A DNA stretch of 52,724 bases, filler included, from Dimargaris cristalligena (taxonomy: Eukaryota): the NCBI GenBank assembly GCA_003614675.1. It is 2 parts of 2 records of this genome, joined end to end, with 100 filler letters (N's around TTAATTAATTAA, not from the genome) between each part and the next. Parts side by side here need not be neighbours in the genome. Positions count along the whole stretch, not along the records: positions 26,418 to 52,724 come from ML002545.1; 1 more part is not named here. One strand, written 5' to 3'. The notes below the pieces were generated by a model, which did not search any database, was not told where the DNA came from, and was given only the letters and a program-made list of their open reading frames with translations. The translations under genes and the position numbers were made by a program. How positions within the stretch are numbered: position 1 is the stretch's first letter; every line of letters begins with the position of its first letter. This document shows, piece after piece, positions 36,058 through 48,906 of this stretch.

Positions 36058-39000
36058 ATGCCTCGAATGCTATGGCGGGATTGTCTCACCCAAAAGGAAT
36101 TCGAGGCCTACGCATTCACCCCCAAGGACATTGAACGCCAGGAGATCATGTTCGAAATCATCCACACCGAAGCCGACTACGTCCGCGACCTCATACTCGT
36201 AAGGGAGGTTTTCGTCAAACCCCTCCGCCACCTCCAAGTCATACCCGAGGCCTGCATCGACCGGTTATTCGCCAATTTAGAGGCTATCCTGCCGATTCAT
36301 GAGTGTATCAAAAAAGATTTTTTGAACCGTCAGCAGGAACAGTACCCCGTTTTGCACGGTTTGGCCGACGTGTTACTACCGTGGGTTCACGAGCTGCACA
36401 TTTATTCCGATTACCTTTGTAACCAGGCCGAATCCCTCCGCTTGATGGCCGAACTCATCCAGACCAACGAGAAATTCGAGCATTTTTACAAGGATCGTCA
36501 CCACAAGCCCGAGTGCCGCGGCTTGGGTTTGGATGCCTTTTTGATCCTGCCGTTTCAACGCCTGCTCAAATACCCCCTGTTCCTTAAAAACCTACTGGGC
36601 GCGACCCCCGAAGATCACCCCGATTACAAAATGACCCAGGGCGTAATTATGCAATTCGAGGCCCTCATTACCAAGATCCAACAGGAAAAGCAGCAGGCTG
36701 ACCGCATAGATTCCCTTCGCTTTATGGAGTCCTGCGTCAAGGGCCTGGAGGAATATACCCTGGTGCATCCGCATCGGCGTATTATGCGCGAGGGCACTTT
36801 GTTCCGGGTCAAGGCCCAAATCATGCCCCGTAGCCGCAACGACCCCCACGGCGCCGTGGATATTCGGGTGGCCCCCCACCACCTCTCACCCGTTTATATT
36901 ATCCTATTCAATGACATGCTATTGGTCACTCGTCTACGGTCCCGGCGCAGCAGTGGCTTGGCCATGGCCTCCCTGGTGAAGGGTGCTTCATTAAACAGCA
37001 ACGAAACGACCCCTACCGAAAGTGACCCGTCGTCCGCCCGGGGATCCGCCTCTCTACCGTCCGGGACCTCGGGTAGTAGCCCCCCTGCTCCCCCTCCGCC
37101 CTCGATTCTGGCCAACTATTCGGCAGGTAAAACCTCTCCGCCCAAATACGCCCTAGTATGCCCGCCCGCCACCCTGGTGAGTGTGCACAATGTCGAGGAT
37201 GATTCCGAATCAGGGCTCGTCCACGCGTTTCGTTGTTACGTGGCCTGTCATGACAAAACGGAAATGTTTGTCCTGCGGTGCAATAGTCGTGATGACAAAA
37301 TCGAGTGGATTAGGGCCTTCAACGCAACCCTCAATGACCATTTGACCGCCCGCGCCCATGCTTTAGGCGATAGTCCCAACGGCGGTAACCTACTTAACCA
37401 ACTGCAGCGGTGGTCCCTGGCGGACCCCCCCGCGTCCCCTTCCGACAATCGGCAAGACGAGCGCGCCGTGGCATCGAGTGCAACCGGTTCTGGCCCAGCA
37501 AGTAAGTCCCGGCCCCTTTCCATAGCCTCTGGTATTATGGCGGCGCCCCGGTGGCTGGATCTTTCGCGGATTAACCGTAGTAGCGGGGTTAATAACCACA
37601 ATGCCACCTCTGATTCACTGACCCCAACTGCTTCCCCCGGTTCGCCTATTCCCTCCCCTTCCTTCATTTTACAAGCTCCATCCCCGCCACTGCCGAGTTC
37701 TGCCTCCATAACCCCGCCCATTCTGGCCGGACCGCCTATTCCCCAGGTCGGCCGGCCCAGGGCCGCTTCTTGTGTCGGCCTAGGTTCGTCTGCCCCGCAT
37801 TCCTCCCTATTCGCCAATGGGGGCGGCGGGTCCGGCCTTCTCCCGTCCTCCCCTTTAGCCCCATCCACCCCTGGGATTGGATCCGGGGGCAATGCCTTGC
37901 TGTTGTCCAATGGCGGCCATTACCGGAGTGGTATCCGGCCCGCCACCGTTGTAGGAGGTACAGGGAGTTACTTCAGCCCCACTGCACCACCTGTCCGGGG
38001 TGACAAGAAATCCACCAAGGCCTCCCAGTTCCTTCTGTCCTCCGTCAAGAAACTCCGTTTGCCTACCGCCGACGCCTATGCTATGCGCAAATTCCGGAAG
38101 CAGCTCCAAGATTACGGTCGCGAAGACCGGCCCCAGAGTGCATCTGGCAATGGGAAGAAGTCGATCGAATCGCCCCGCCGTCCAGCTGGTAGTGAGCCTC
38201 GGTCGGCCGATGCCGTGCTACCGTCCCGAAATATCCACCGATCCACCTCCCAGCTTCTTAACCAACAGGGGGTTGAAGGGCATCCTGTAATTCGCCCCGA
38301 GGACGTTCAAGTCAGATACCGACGATCGCAGTCCATTATCGAAGGTGGACTGGGCTATTTGCCAGCCCTTTCCCCGTCTTTGGCCAGTCCAGCGGAGGAA
38401 CCGCAGAATTTCGGCCCGTGTCCGCCACGGCCGCGCAACCACGATCAGTTCCATCACAGGCGGTTTCCCAGTTGTGACCAAGCTCTCTTCCCCTTTCCAT
38501 CGATTCCACTGGACCCCTTTGTGAATGAATCCGTGTTGGACACTGAGACGTGGCTCCATAGTCAAGCGGCCCTGGAATCGGTGCCTAAACCCTCGCAGCC
38601 GACCAATCCCCACAGTCCCCCCCTTCTATCTTCCGCCATCGCCCCTCCCGCTTCTACTACCCATACCAGTACCGTACCTTCGGGCCATTCATCTCAACTG
38701 CACCCTCCTATTATTTACCCCTTACGCACCCAGTCCCTAAAACCCTCCCTGCGGGTTCACTCGAATCCCTTACCTAGAATGGGCGAGGTGGCGTCAGTGA
38801 CTCGTCCGTCCTCCGCATCCATCACCCCCTCAACTTCTGGCACGTCTTCGTTAGCATCGTCTCCAGCTATTCAGGCTAAAGTACCGGTCCAGTTCCAGCC
38901 CCTCCAACGGGGCCAGCTGCCTATTGTTCGACTGGATCGACTGCCAGAAGCCCCATCCGAATGCGACCTATATAGTTCATCGCCTGAAGACGGAGGCCCT

Positions 39001-39720
39001 GCTATGGCTTGTCTGCCCGCCGGCTTGGTCGCGCTTCGCTCATCTACTACGTCATCGGCAGCGGGCGATGACCAGCGTCGACCGAGGGACTCGGCCTGCG
39101 CAGTCAATTCCTCAGATCCTTCGGTCGATAGTTCAACCTCATCCCCCACCCTAGCTACGACCACGCCAACCGTACAGCTGAGTCCAACTAATCTATTATA
39201 CTTTGCTGCCGCCGGTGGCCGAGCCTCCCCGCCTCTTAGCGAGCCCCGATCGTTCCTGGAAAGTTCCTTGATTCGCCCCGCTAGTCAACATAGTTTGGCT
39301 TCGACCGCAACTCGTACCTCCACTTCCCCCTCTGTTCCTTCCGCTTCTAATAACTCGATTAATAGTGGTGCAGTGACTGCGGGTATAGCAAATTACAGCT
39401 ATCTCCATAAGGCAAGTTCTTATCTATCACGCCCAAGCGGCTTATCCAAGCCCCTCCCTATCCCTCCGCGCACCGCGTCCACGTCACCTTCCACCTCGGC
39501 GTCGTTCTTACCTGGGTTTTCGCCCATTGAGGCCGCCCTAATGGGTCCTTGTATGGCTGTTTCCCCCAAGCCCGTCTATCATCCGGCTCAGCGCGTCGCC
39601 CGCACCATGAAGGACTACTATGGTAATATTGTGTCTATTCCAGCCCCCGGCGGCGATTCAGCGAGCCCTACTATGACCGCGGCTACTCCAATGCTGGGTA
39701 AAACTGCCGTGCGCGAATAA
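36058..39720 (+). CDS. Rho guanine nucleotide exchange factor (DH-PH) with a long Ser/Pro-rich disordered C-terminus; intronless, 1220 aa
   Basis: RQEIMFEIIHTEADYVRDL, LFANLEAILPIH, GLDAFLILPFQRLLKYPLFLKNLL (DH); RRIMREGTL, YIILFNDMLLVTR, DKIEWIRAFN (PH). Confidence 0.93.
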   Translation: MPRMLWRDCLTQKEFEAYAFTPKDIERQEIMFEIIHTEADYVRDLILVREVFVKPLRHLQVIPEACIDRLFANLEAILPIHECIKKDFLNRQQEQYPVLHGLADVLLPWVHELHIYSDYLCNQAESLRLMAELIQTNEKFEHFYKDRHHKPECRGLGLDAFLILPFQRLLKYPLFLKNLLGATPEDHPDYKMTQGVIMQFEALITKIQQEKQQADRIDSLRFMESCVKGLEEYTLVHPHRRIMREGTLFRVKAQIMPRSRNDPHGAVDIRVAPHHLSPVYIILFNDMLLVTRLRSRRSSGLAMASLVKGASLNSNETTPTESDPSSARGSASLPSGTSGSSPPAPPPPSILANYSAGKTSPPKYALVCPPATLVSVHNVEDDSESGLVHAFRCYVACHDKTEMFVLRCNSRDDKIEWIRAFNATLNDHLTARAHALGDSPNGGNLLNQLQRWSLADPPASPSDNRQDERAVASSATGSGPASKSRPLSIASGIMAAPRWLDLSRINRSSGVNNHNATSDSLTPTASPGSPIPSPSFILQAPSPPLPSSASITPPILAGPPIPQVGRPRAASCVGLGSSAPHSSLFANGGGGSGLLPSSPLAPSTPGIGSGGNALLLSNGGHYRSGIRPATVVGGTGSYFSPTAPPVRGDKKSTKASQFLLSSVKKLRLPTADAYAMRKFRKQLQDYGREDRPQSASGNGKKSIESPRRPAGSEPRSADAVLPSRNIHRSTSQLLNQQGVEGHPVIRPEDVQVRYRRSQSIIEGGLGYLPALSPSLASPAEEPQNFGPCPPRPRNHDQFHHRRFPSCDQALFPFPSIPLDPFVNESVLDTETWLHSQAALESVPKPSQPTNPHSPPLLSSAIAPPASTTHTSTVPSGHSSQLHPPIIYPLRTQSLKPSLRVHSNPLPRMGEVASVTRPSSASITPSTSGTSSLASSPAIQAKVPVQFQPLQRGQLPIVRLDRLPEAPSECDLYSSSPEDGGPAMACLPAGLVALRSSTTSSAAGDDQRRPRDSACAVNSSDPSVDSSTSSPTLATTTPTVQLSPTNLLYFAAAGGRASPPLSEPRSFLESSLIRPASQHSLASTATRTSTSPSVPSASNNSINSGAVTAGIANYSYLHKASSYLSRPSGLSKPLPIPPRTASTSPSTSASFLPGFSPIEAALMGPCMAVSPKPVYHPAQRVARTMKDYYGNIVSIPAPGGDSASPTMTAATPMLGKTAVRE

Positions 39721-42700
39721 GGTCACTCTATCGAATGTGTGGGGTAGAAGGGCGCTGCGTCCGATAGATATCTCCTGCCCACCTCGATCCTCGTTTTTTC
39801 TTAGGCTGGTAGATTTCAGCACTATCCTCTTTTACCACCTTTTCCCTTTACACCGATGTATATTGACTTACCATACCTGCCCCACCGCTATCCACTTTAA
39901 CCTATCCTCCTATCGACCGATTTTTCGGTGCACTGCTGTTCTCGGTCATTTAATGACGAGTGAGTGCAACATTGCACTTTTAACCCATTTCGTTCCTGTA
40001 TCAACCCCTCTCTACCTTCCCTCTACACTCTATCATTATCTATTATTTACCATCTATTTTTATACCACTCACTCGACTCACTAGTCATTGATTATATCCT
40101 CTATACCATCGATACCACAACCTCCCCCCATCTCTTCTATTGCGCTGCACATTTATTAACCGATTACCTTTTCCGCCTTCATATTATGATTACATATATA
40201 TTTATTATTAGTTGTTTCACTCGATTTAGCTGAGCTGTATACCATCCACCCTCTCTCCACTCTTCCAGTTTTATTTTATTAGTCGCATCCATCATTGATA
40301 GCCAATCTTTGTTTCAAGTCGGACGTGCCCTCTCGAAGAACCCCCTGTTACAGTTGCCACTTCGTATCTCCCCACCCTCCCCTAATAGTAATTTTATAAT
40401 GCCTGACCCCACCGGCTCTATTCCATTCTGTAACATCTGGGTTCATACCTACCCCTCATTCTTCACCGCATTTTCCCGCCGTTTCCTTAAATTTAATTAA
40501 CCGCTGGATTTACTCCACTAGCGGCTTTGTCAACCCCTTATCCATCGAGGTATTCATTCAACTTGAAACAGCCATCCCCCCGCCAACGTTTGATATACAA
40601 ATCCGGATTTACTTAATAACATTCATAACCACTACTATACACCTCCATTCAGTTAAACCATAGTGCCATGGTTGGCAATATTGCATGGGTCATGTGAGCT
40701 GTTATCCCACGCACCGAAAGTAGGGATTGTTACAGCCCGGTTCGTAAATAATCAAATTACATTTTCTAAAGTAAGGGTGGCTTATCGTCTCCAATTTAAA
40801 AAAAGTTTCGGTCATTCACAGGCGAGAACTATCTGTGCATTTCGCTGCAGGCACCTGCATGTGAGACCTCGGAATAGATCTTGTCTAGTCTATTTGTATA
40901 CAGGTGCATGGGGGGGGGGGAGACAAGCTATCACCAGCATCCTTTGCCACTAATTTAGCCCCCGCACTCGCTCTAGAGTAGGTTATGGCGTAATGGGTTA
41001 TACGATTGATGGTAGACCCATTGCAACGGTCAGTCATGTGCGGTTTCATAAGCGGGATTTGTCGTATGGTAGGTTTTGTTATTGGCTTAAACCGGGGGTG
41101 TCGAAACGACAAGGGATTAAAAGCATCGTTATTATAAAACATCGACGACAATTACTTTGTAACAGCAGATGTATGTCTGTGTGTGTGTTAACGACGACAT
41201 CGCCCAGTCATCAGATTGGCATTGCTGCGCAAGTTGAAACGATGGCTGCAGTACAGTGGGCGGGGTGCCCGTCTAAACCTTTGCGAATGGGCGGGAATGA
41301 ATAATAGACGAGTCTAGCTTCCAGCCTCAGAGTTGAATGTTACATATCCTTTAGCCTCCGCGGCTGGTTGCCATTATCATCGTCATAATTGGAAACACCG
41401 ACGGCAGTGTCCCGGGGTGCTCACAGTCCCATTGCATTGGCGGTAACGAATCGCGGTGTCCCACTCAACGGACCTTTATCGGATTCTTGTACGCTGGAAC
41501 CTCCACTTCACCATTACGCAAGTGGGTGTTTCAGCTTTATTTATGGGGTTCTAGGTAGTCCGGTATCCTCTCACTGCTCACTCCATCATTTATATGGTCA
41601 GTAAAAGCCTTTGGATTGAATTTGTCTTCCACCTAATGAGCTATACAGGGAAGTGAGCGACAGATCACTGCTAATTAGTGGCATGGTAAAAAACCAGTTT
41701 GGTTTCGAAATCCAAACTGTTGCCCGGCCACATATTGGGCTTTACTGAGGGTTCTTGGGGGTCGGTACAGGAAGTATGATCAACTACTGTGGATTTAATA
41801 CATGATTTTAGGAGCCTATTGATTGAGTTCCACTATCGATAACCTAGCAGCTTTGCTAAACATTAGGCGGGCGGTTAGGAATGGGGATCGGAGACTGCCC
41901 TATCCACCGGGGCTTCCCAGGCCATATCCGGCTAATGCAGTTGTCCCAACTTCAGGTCATTGTGACGAAAAGAGGGCAAACCCTTAAAATAGGTGGTTGG
42001 AGTCCTCGCTCCCAGGCCTCACTTCCCCTTCTCTCTGCTCTACGATTGCCTACGCCGCCCCAGCCTATTTAACTCAGCTATTCTTTATTAAGTGATAGGG
42101 TCAATTGGACCCCAGGTAAAACTTCCCACCCTTTAACTTTTTCATATTCAGCTTGGCTGCTCTACAACGGGTTACTTTGTGTATGTAGTGGGTAACTCTA
42201 CCAAAATTATAGATCGCGTATTCCCTTGCGTACAGCACAGCCAATGTACGGATACTGACTGAATCAGGGTAGGTATTAGTCACTCATTGAAGATCATCAG
42301 CGAACGAACCGGGTAGATTTCCTGACTGACTAAATCGTTTCATCGGCCTTCCAATTACTACTAAAAGGTGTGAATAGGGTAGATGGATAGGTTATGTTCA
42401 TCTGCCGATGATTCAAGCGGATTCCTACACTGGGGGGGCCTCCCTTGATTTTACCTAGAGGGAAGAACGCGTAGAAACGTAAATTAGTACATGTCATTAA
42501 CATTTAGACCGGTTTCCTCTCTCTCCCTCTCTCCCTTTTAGTTGGAGGCCTGCCCATCTTCGTGTGAACATATTTCTTACCCATTCACTGATTAAATGGC
42601 CAACCGTAAATGGTTGTTGGTATGAATTTCCCGTTTCACCCGTAATTCACCCACGAAAAATACCAAATAATTTCCATTCCTAGATGCTTTTCTTCCTTTT

Positions 42701-45700
42701 GATTTCAAGCGCCCATTTCCTCTATTAATGCCCCCACTTCCCCCGTATTAATGAAGGGTAGAGCGGTAGAAATTACAACGAGTGAATGGTGGGGGAAAGG
42801 GGTGGAGGAGGGGTGCCTTAAATAGTCTGCCTGTGAATCGCTCGGCTATTACTATTCTGGGAGGTGGCGAAGGTGTGAAATCACGCCAGGGAATATAATG
42901 GAAATACATATATAGTGTAGCGGTCACTACTACAGTTGCTTTTTACTGTAGACTTAGCAATCAATAGCAAAAACCAAAAGAAATGGGTGACTAAGTGTAC
43001 AAATATTAAAAGCAGACGTCACAAAACAGACCATTTTCATTGGTGGGATCCACTATTAAGGCATTAGATCATAATGTTTGCAATAGAACGGCGACTGCCG
43101 ACCTGCAAATAGTTAATAAATATATGAGAATGGCGTATCAAATAATTAATAAAAACCAGTAGTTCATTAGAAAGGAGGGGATAAGCGAGGCATTATTAGT
43201 AGTGATAGTGATCTAATATCGGGGTGTTCTTTGACTGGAATCTATATATTCCCAGAGGCTGCTAACCGAAATAATTAAAACAGCCACGGGATTCCTGAAT
43301 CTTTTCTTTATCAAGTTAATTTTTCGAATTTTACATTTACCATAGTTTTACCTTCCCAGTGGTCTTCCTTGAACTCGCGGTATTATATTCGGGCAATAAA
43401 TATCTATAAAAGGATACATATAGAAGGGCAAGGATAGCCCTATCACTGAGTTTTTAACAGTCTACTTCGGCCTTGTTTCCTCTCTCGGGGGAAAATACCC
43501 GTATGGAGAACGCGCAAATCCTCTAGCTTAAGAGGAGGAGGATGGAAAGGAAGGGGTAGTATAGTATATTTTTATAGACAATATGGGACCTAGGGGAATA
43601 TCGCTACCATTATTTTTTACATTCGCCCTCTCCAGGTCGTCGGCGTTAAACTACTAGCCCTATACGCCCCAAGCGACATCGCTGTTTTTATTCCACAGTT
43701 CTATAACCCTTTTCAACCCCATTGTCCTTTCATGGCAGTATTTGTCGACAAACCCTCAGTAGGTTGTAATACAGGTCCTAATTTGGCCAAATGATAGTCG
43801 GCAATATTCACAAAAAGGCAATGTCAGCCTTATATGGAAAAAATCCCATCCCTTACTTCCCAACTCTCACTGTCATGCTGCCTATCCCCGTTTTGCTCAT
43901 CTCGTCACCCACCCCACCACCCACCTCCAGCGACGATGCCGTCACTTCACAGTTAGCGCCAATGCAATTACTGTATTACTGAGTGATAGCTACGTCTACT
44001 ATGAGCACTTTAAACCCGGGTCCACTTATCTGCAGCAGCAGTATACGTTTAGCCATGCGTACCTAGAAGGTATATACAAAAAGGGAGGCCTATCCTTCGT
44101 ATACGCGAATAGATCAATTAGGCCTGCGTGTCTGAGCAAACGCACGCAGGCAATAAAGCTGTTCGCCATCGACGAATAGATCGGATCCTTGCCATAGCCT
44201 GGTTGGTAATCTGTTAGACAGAAAGGGGAGGCTTGGTACATGGGCATACTATAGAGTACGACTATTAAGATAAAATTAATCCCATTGTGCGATGGGGTGG
44301 AATCTCGGGTACTCGTTACAATAAACATGAAACATTTGGAAGGCCAGAAACCGTTAGTCCCTTCCACCTTAATCTTGGAATAAAAGAACCTGTCAAATTC
44401 CACAATGGAAGGCAGCCCCTTTACTAACCCTCTTTCCATAAAGAAGAGCTCGACACGCCAAATACGACTCGCCTTTACGATACTTTGACTCCCATGGAAG
44501 TTAAACAATACTAAATGTGAAGGTGAAGATTGGAAATTTGATAATGTCGATCAGCCAATGAACCATTTTCGTTATTGGCCTACGCTATTACTCACGGTCG
44601 AGGAGTGGTCGATTGGGGTTGTGATAATATAGAGAAGTGCCAGACCTCAGGTGCATGTGTTAACTAAAGATGGCTGAAGTACTTTGGTGGTCTAAAAAGC
44701 AGAGAAAAGTACGGATGGCCTAAGGTAAAATGACAGCGATGCGTTACAAAGTGAATTAAATGCCTGTGGTTGTTTTAAAACGGAGAGTAGTTACGTCCAC
44801 GAGGGACTATAGCGTACCACAAATCAATTGACTCTCCGCCATCGTCTGAGAGATGTGCCCTCCCTACTCTCCCCCCTTCATTCACTTACACTATTAGGGA
44901 CTCTAGTTGAAAAATCCAACAACTTAACGAGGAAAAGTCGAGTGTCGATATGGTCGGCCAAACATTGCTAATACACAACACTTTCCAAACCATAATTAGT
45001 ACATATTTATTCTACTCCCTTTCCCATCCCTGCCTCAGTCTATGTGCATCATTCAGCATACCGGCACCTGCATAAGATGACTAGTTTCCGGAAGAATCCT
45101 GTGTTGGCCTCATTTGGTTTCCAAGAGTGGACAACAGCCTCCTCTACGGTAGCATTTCCCTCACTCTCTCTCTCTCTCACCGGTTAGATAGCAATGTAAT
45201 TTGAATTCCGATTACCGCTCCTGGTCCAAATTGACTGAGGTAGTCCTCCGAACTCCTACTTTCAGTGCTTTATTTTCTTAAGAAAAAGAAAATCAAGACT
45301 AAAGTGCCCGATGGAGTTTCAGGGTGACTCCTAATCCAGGTTCATCGGCCTGAGATGGTCCTACTAACTGGGAGTGACGACGATCCACTGGGCTTTATTT
45401 CCATTTTCGCCTGCCCTATATGACCAGCAACGGCTTCGCCACCCATTTTTCGTCTTAAATGGGTTATAGATTAGTGCAGTTAGGAAAATCGCCGCTATGA
45501 AGGGGAGAGGGAGAGGCGGACGGTTTCCTATAATGTACCAGGTATATTATTAACTAGTTTCCCGCTGGCTAAGGTTAACCGTTAGTGAGCGGGGTGTGAC
45601 AGTAGGAATACTTTCTCATGGACACGGTACATTCGGAAAGAGCGTTGACAGCACCAAAGCACTACATCACAAACCTACCCTCAGTCACTAGTTTGGATGA

Positions 45701-47383
45701 TCCACCTGGTAACTGAATTGCCAAAGTATTGGGAAGAAGGGCCCTTAGGAAAGGGCCGTATTTATTATAGATTCTTTTTATAAAAAAACTAACTAAGATC
45801 TGCCAACGCCTCTCACTAACCCCACCCGCCGAATCTTCCCCTTCCCTTTCTCTCCCCGCTCGTATAGCTCCTTATGGGCAATCCCTCTATTGACAGAGGG
45901 AAAAGGCAGAAAATCCCCGCCCGGCCGGAATTTAGGTGAGGCGGACCAACTACTGCCGCCCAAATAGCTTCACTTCCCCTCACCCAGTGAACCTATAAAC
46001 AGTAAAATGGACAACTAGGGTCGCTGTTGGGGCCAATTTTGGAAGTATCCAGAGGTATCCGCCTCAACTTTTCCCCCAACTGGCGAGAACAATCGAAATA
46101 CCTGTAAACCAACCGACCTCGAGGCCCAATCTTACCGATTGATAAATTGCAAAGACGTAATTAACACTGAGTGACAATTGATTTTGGTCACCCCCATTCA
46201 GTCAAGGGAGAGGAAAGCGTCCCCTTTCTATTTCCATTTTACGGTTTGGTCAGAGTACATAATTCGACTTCGGGGCGGCATTGTGTGGGGCAATCGTTTT
46301 TGTTTTCTTGTACTTTTATATTTTACTAACGCGGGTTACCCGATGAGGACTATAATTGGGGCGTCCATCGCTGAAGCTTCACCCCCCCTTTCCGCTCCCC
46401 CTAGCATCATTGGGGGTATTCGGAAACCTCCATCGGATTGACAGATGCAAAGGATTCGCCCCCAGTATAATGCACTATTTTCGTGAGACCGAATTCCTGG
46501 CCCACTGTTACCTGGACGTCTTACTGCCCAACCCTGTTTTCCCAATCCGCCCCCCTTCCACAAATAGTAGTTTGGATCCAGGTGTGATTCCTGAAATAGG
46601 TTGGTTAGGGATTGGGGATGAGATCACTGACATCAGGTCAAGTAAGCTGATAAATGAAACGAATTTCACCTCACCCCTTCACATTGGGTTGCTAACGAAT
46701 GATAATACCGCTTGCTTGTTAATAGGGCATTTATCTGGTGGATAAAGGCTGGTACATCTCCCCCTATATGACGGAGCACCAATCACACCGGTCGGGTAGG
46801 GCAATGGCGTGCATTAGTTGTTTACACCCGTGGGCCCCAAATAACAGCAAACCAGGGAAGAGATTCCCCGGATCCGGGGAATATATACCGAATGGTGAAG
46901 GGAGAGGGGGCGGTAGCAACAACAGCCTTGCTACTAGGGAGGGCGTGGGGTTGATTGAAGGGGTGAGGATGGGGGAATGGGTGTGGTAGGACTTCCGCCT
47001 CGAGGGGGTGCCCTATGAATACGAGCGACTGTAGTGTGAGAGTACCAGTTATGGTTATGAAATGTTCCAATAATAAGAAGGAAATCAGCGTCAGCTATTA
47101 TTCCAACAAAAAAAGGAAACCTGCTTGGCTCTAGCAGCAGTGGTTGGCGTCTGAGCCTTGTTGAGACGAACGGTACCCGACCGATTTTCATTGGGTGTGT
47201 AAAAAAGCGATTCCATGTTGCAGCCACTCTCCTCCCTCTTGCCTAACATGGAGTTATTAAGTCCCTCCCCGCCCTTTTATCATCAGTCTTGGGGGACGGG
47301 GCAGTGAGCCTGGCGGGGGAGGATGAGGTAAATAGATGTGGGGCACACTTGCCCTTGGATCAAAGCGAGTGTGCACACGCCAA

Positions 47384-47390
47384 TATAAAA
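47384..47390 (+). promoter_or_regulatory. TATA box (TATAAAA), candidate distal promoter of the Cys-rich gene; a second TATAAAT lies at about 48442
   Basis: Consensus TATA at the switch from purine-rich to pyrimidine-rich sequence, followed by 1.2 kb without ATG up to the CDS. Confidence 0.5.
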
Positions 47391-48612
47391 GGGCGGCTTC
47401 ACCCGCCGGTAATTTAGACCACCACACTTTCATCCATTCGTATCAATCCTAGAGCTCACTTGCGTATTTAACTAACCCCGTTCCTCCACTTCCGATTGTT
47501 TCGTTTGTCGCTGTCTAATTTCTCTACCATTCATAACTTGTAATCCAACCCCACCGGTCATAATTAATTGCGGATTAGGATCCTTGTCCAGTTATTACCA
47601 CCCTTCGATCGCCTCGTGCCCCGCTGTCTCCTTCGTCGCTAATTCCCCGGGTCATTCACGAATAATTCACTATCCTTCTGGACATTAGCATCCAACCCAC
47701 AGCGCCCGCCTTCACTTTCATTCCCACTCTCTATTTCTGGGTACCTGCTCAACCACGACTGATTGACCTATTCTTTCAACTTTCCCCCGCATCTCCCTCC
47801 CGCTCTATCACTTTCACTTTCTCTCTTTCTTATCTTCTCCCCCGCCTTCATACATCGTGCCCTGCATTCCGATTGCAATCCTTCATCGAATAGCATCGTC
47901 CTTTTCACTGCACTGGTTCCAACCCCCCCGCACGATTCAGCACGTTCCGACAAAACAAGATAACCGGAGAAGTAAGGTGATCGCGGATTAGCCCTCTCCC
48001 CTTCCATTTTCCAACCTTCACCTTGCGCCGACAGTCGTGGCTGACCAAGAGTTGATTTAACCGTTTTGGGTCCACCCGCGGATAGCTTGCTACACCACCC
48101 TCATTCATTTCGCCCACTATCACTATCACCACCAATTTCCGTCTACACTCTCCATTTTTTGAAATAGATTGGCGCGTGTATTCTTTCCACCATTGCTCAG
48201 CCCGCCCAGCCTCCCGACGACTGCATTCCTTTATTTTTTTGGGTCGGAGCTCTTGCAAGTATTCTAGCCAATCATACTGCACCCTACTTTTGTTGACACT
48301 GGGGTATATTACAACTGTACAGCCTTATATTGAATCCTGTCCACATTCACGAGTGGGTTTCCGAACTACTTGTCTTTTACCTTCCAGCTAACCTTCCGCA
48401 TCTCAATATTTTTAGACCGGTACAAATACGGAGACTGGTCCTATAAATACCGACCCCCGGCTAATCGTCACCATTTTATATTTGGAAACCCTTGGTTTAT
48501 CGTTGATTTGTTTGTCTCCCCACCATATCTCTCCTCCTCTCAACGTCCCTTCGATCCATCATCCCCCCCCCACCTACACCTCTGGCCCAATTGCATTTAA
48601 ATCTTAATAATT

Positions 48613-48906
48613 ATGTGTAGTCCCATCTATTCCCAGTATGACTGCGGCTGTGGCTTCTACCAGGGTGACTACCAATTTTGTAGCACAGCCGAGCAGGCTG
48701 GCGGTCGCCAACCCTGTCATTACCTAACCGACGCGACTACACGCTACAAATCCCTCATGTGCAACACCTACGACTGCGAGGTAACTAGGCGCGGGGGTTT
48801 CTGGAATTGCTGTAGTTGCGATACCGACAATAGTTACGTGTGTGAATGTACTCACTGTCAGCACCAACTGTGTACCTATTGTCCCGCCAGCAAATCTCAG
48901 CACTAA
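48613..48906 (+). CDS. Small Cys-rich putative multi-zinc-binding protein, 97 aa, function unknown
   Basis: 15 Cys in ordered spacing: MC-x8-CGC N-terminus and W-x-CC-x-C-x3-N-x3-C-x-C-x2-C-x-H-x2-C-x2-C C-terminus. ATG start and no signal peptide. Confidence 0.75.
   Translation: MCSPIYSQYDCGCGFYQGDYQFCSTAEQAGGRQPCHYLTDATTRYKSLMCNTYDCEVTRRGGFWNCCSCDTDNSYVCECTHCQHQLCTYCPASKSQH

Noticed and set aside
44026..44508. 160-aa minus-strand ORF in the gene-free tract
   Set aside because: Non-ATG start, random-looking composition and no motifs.
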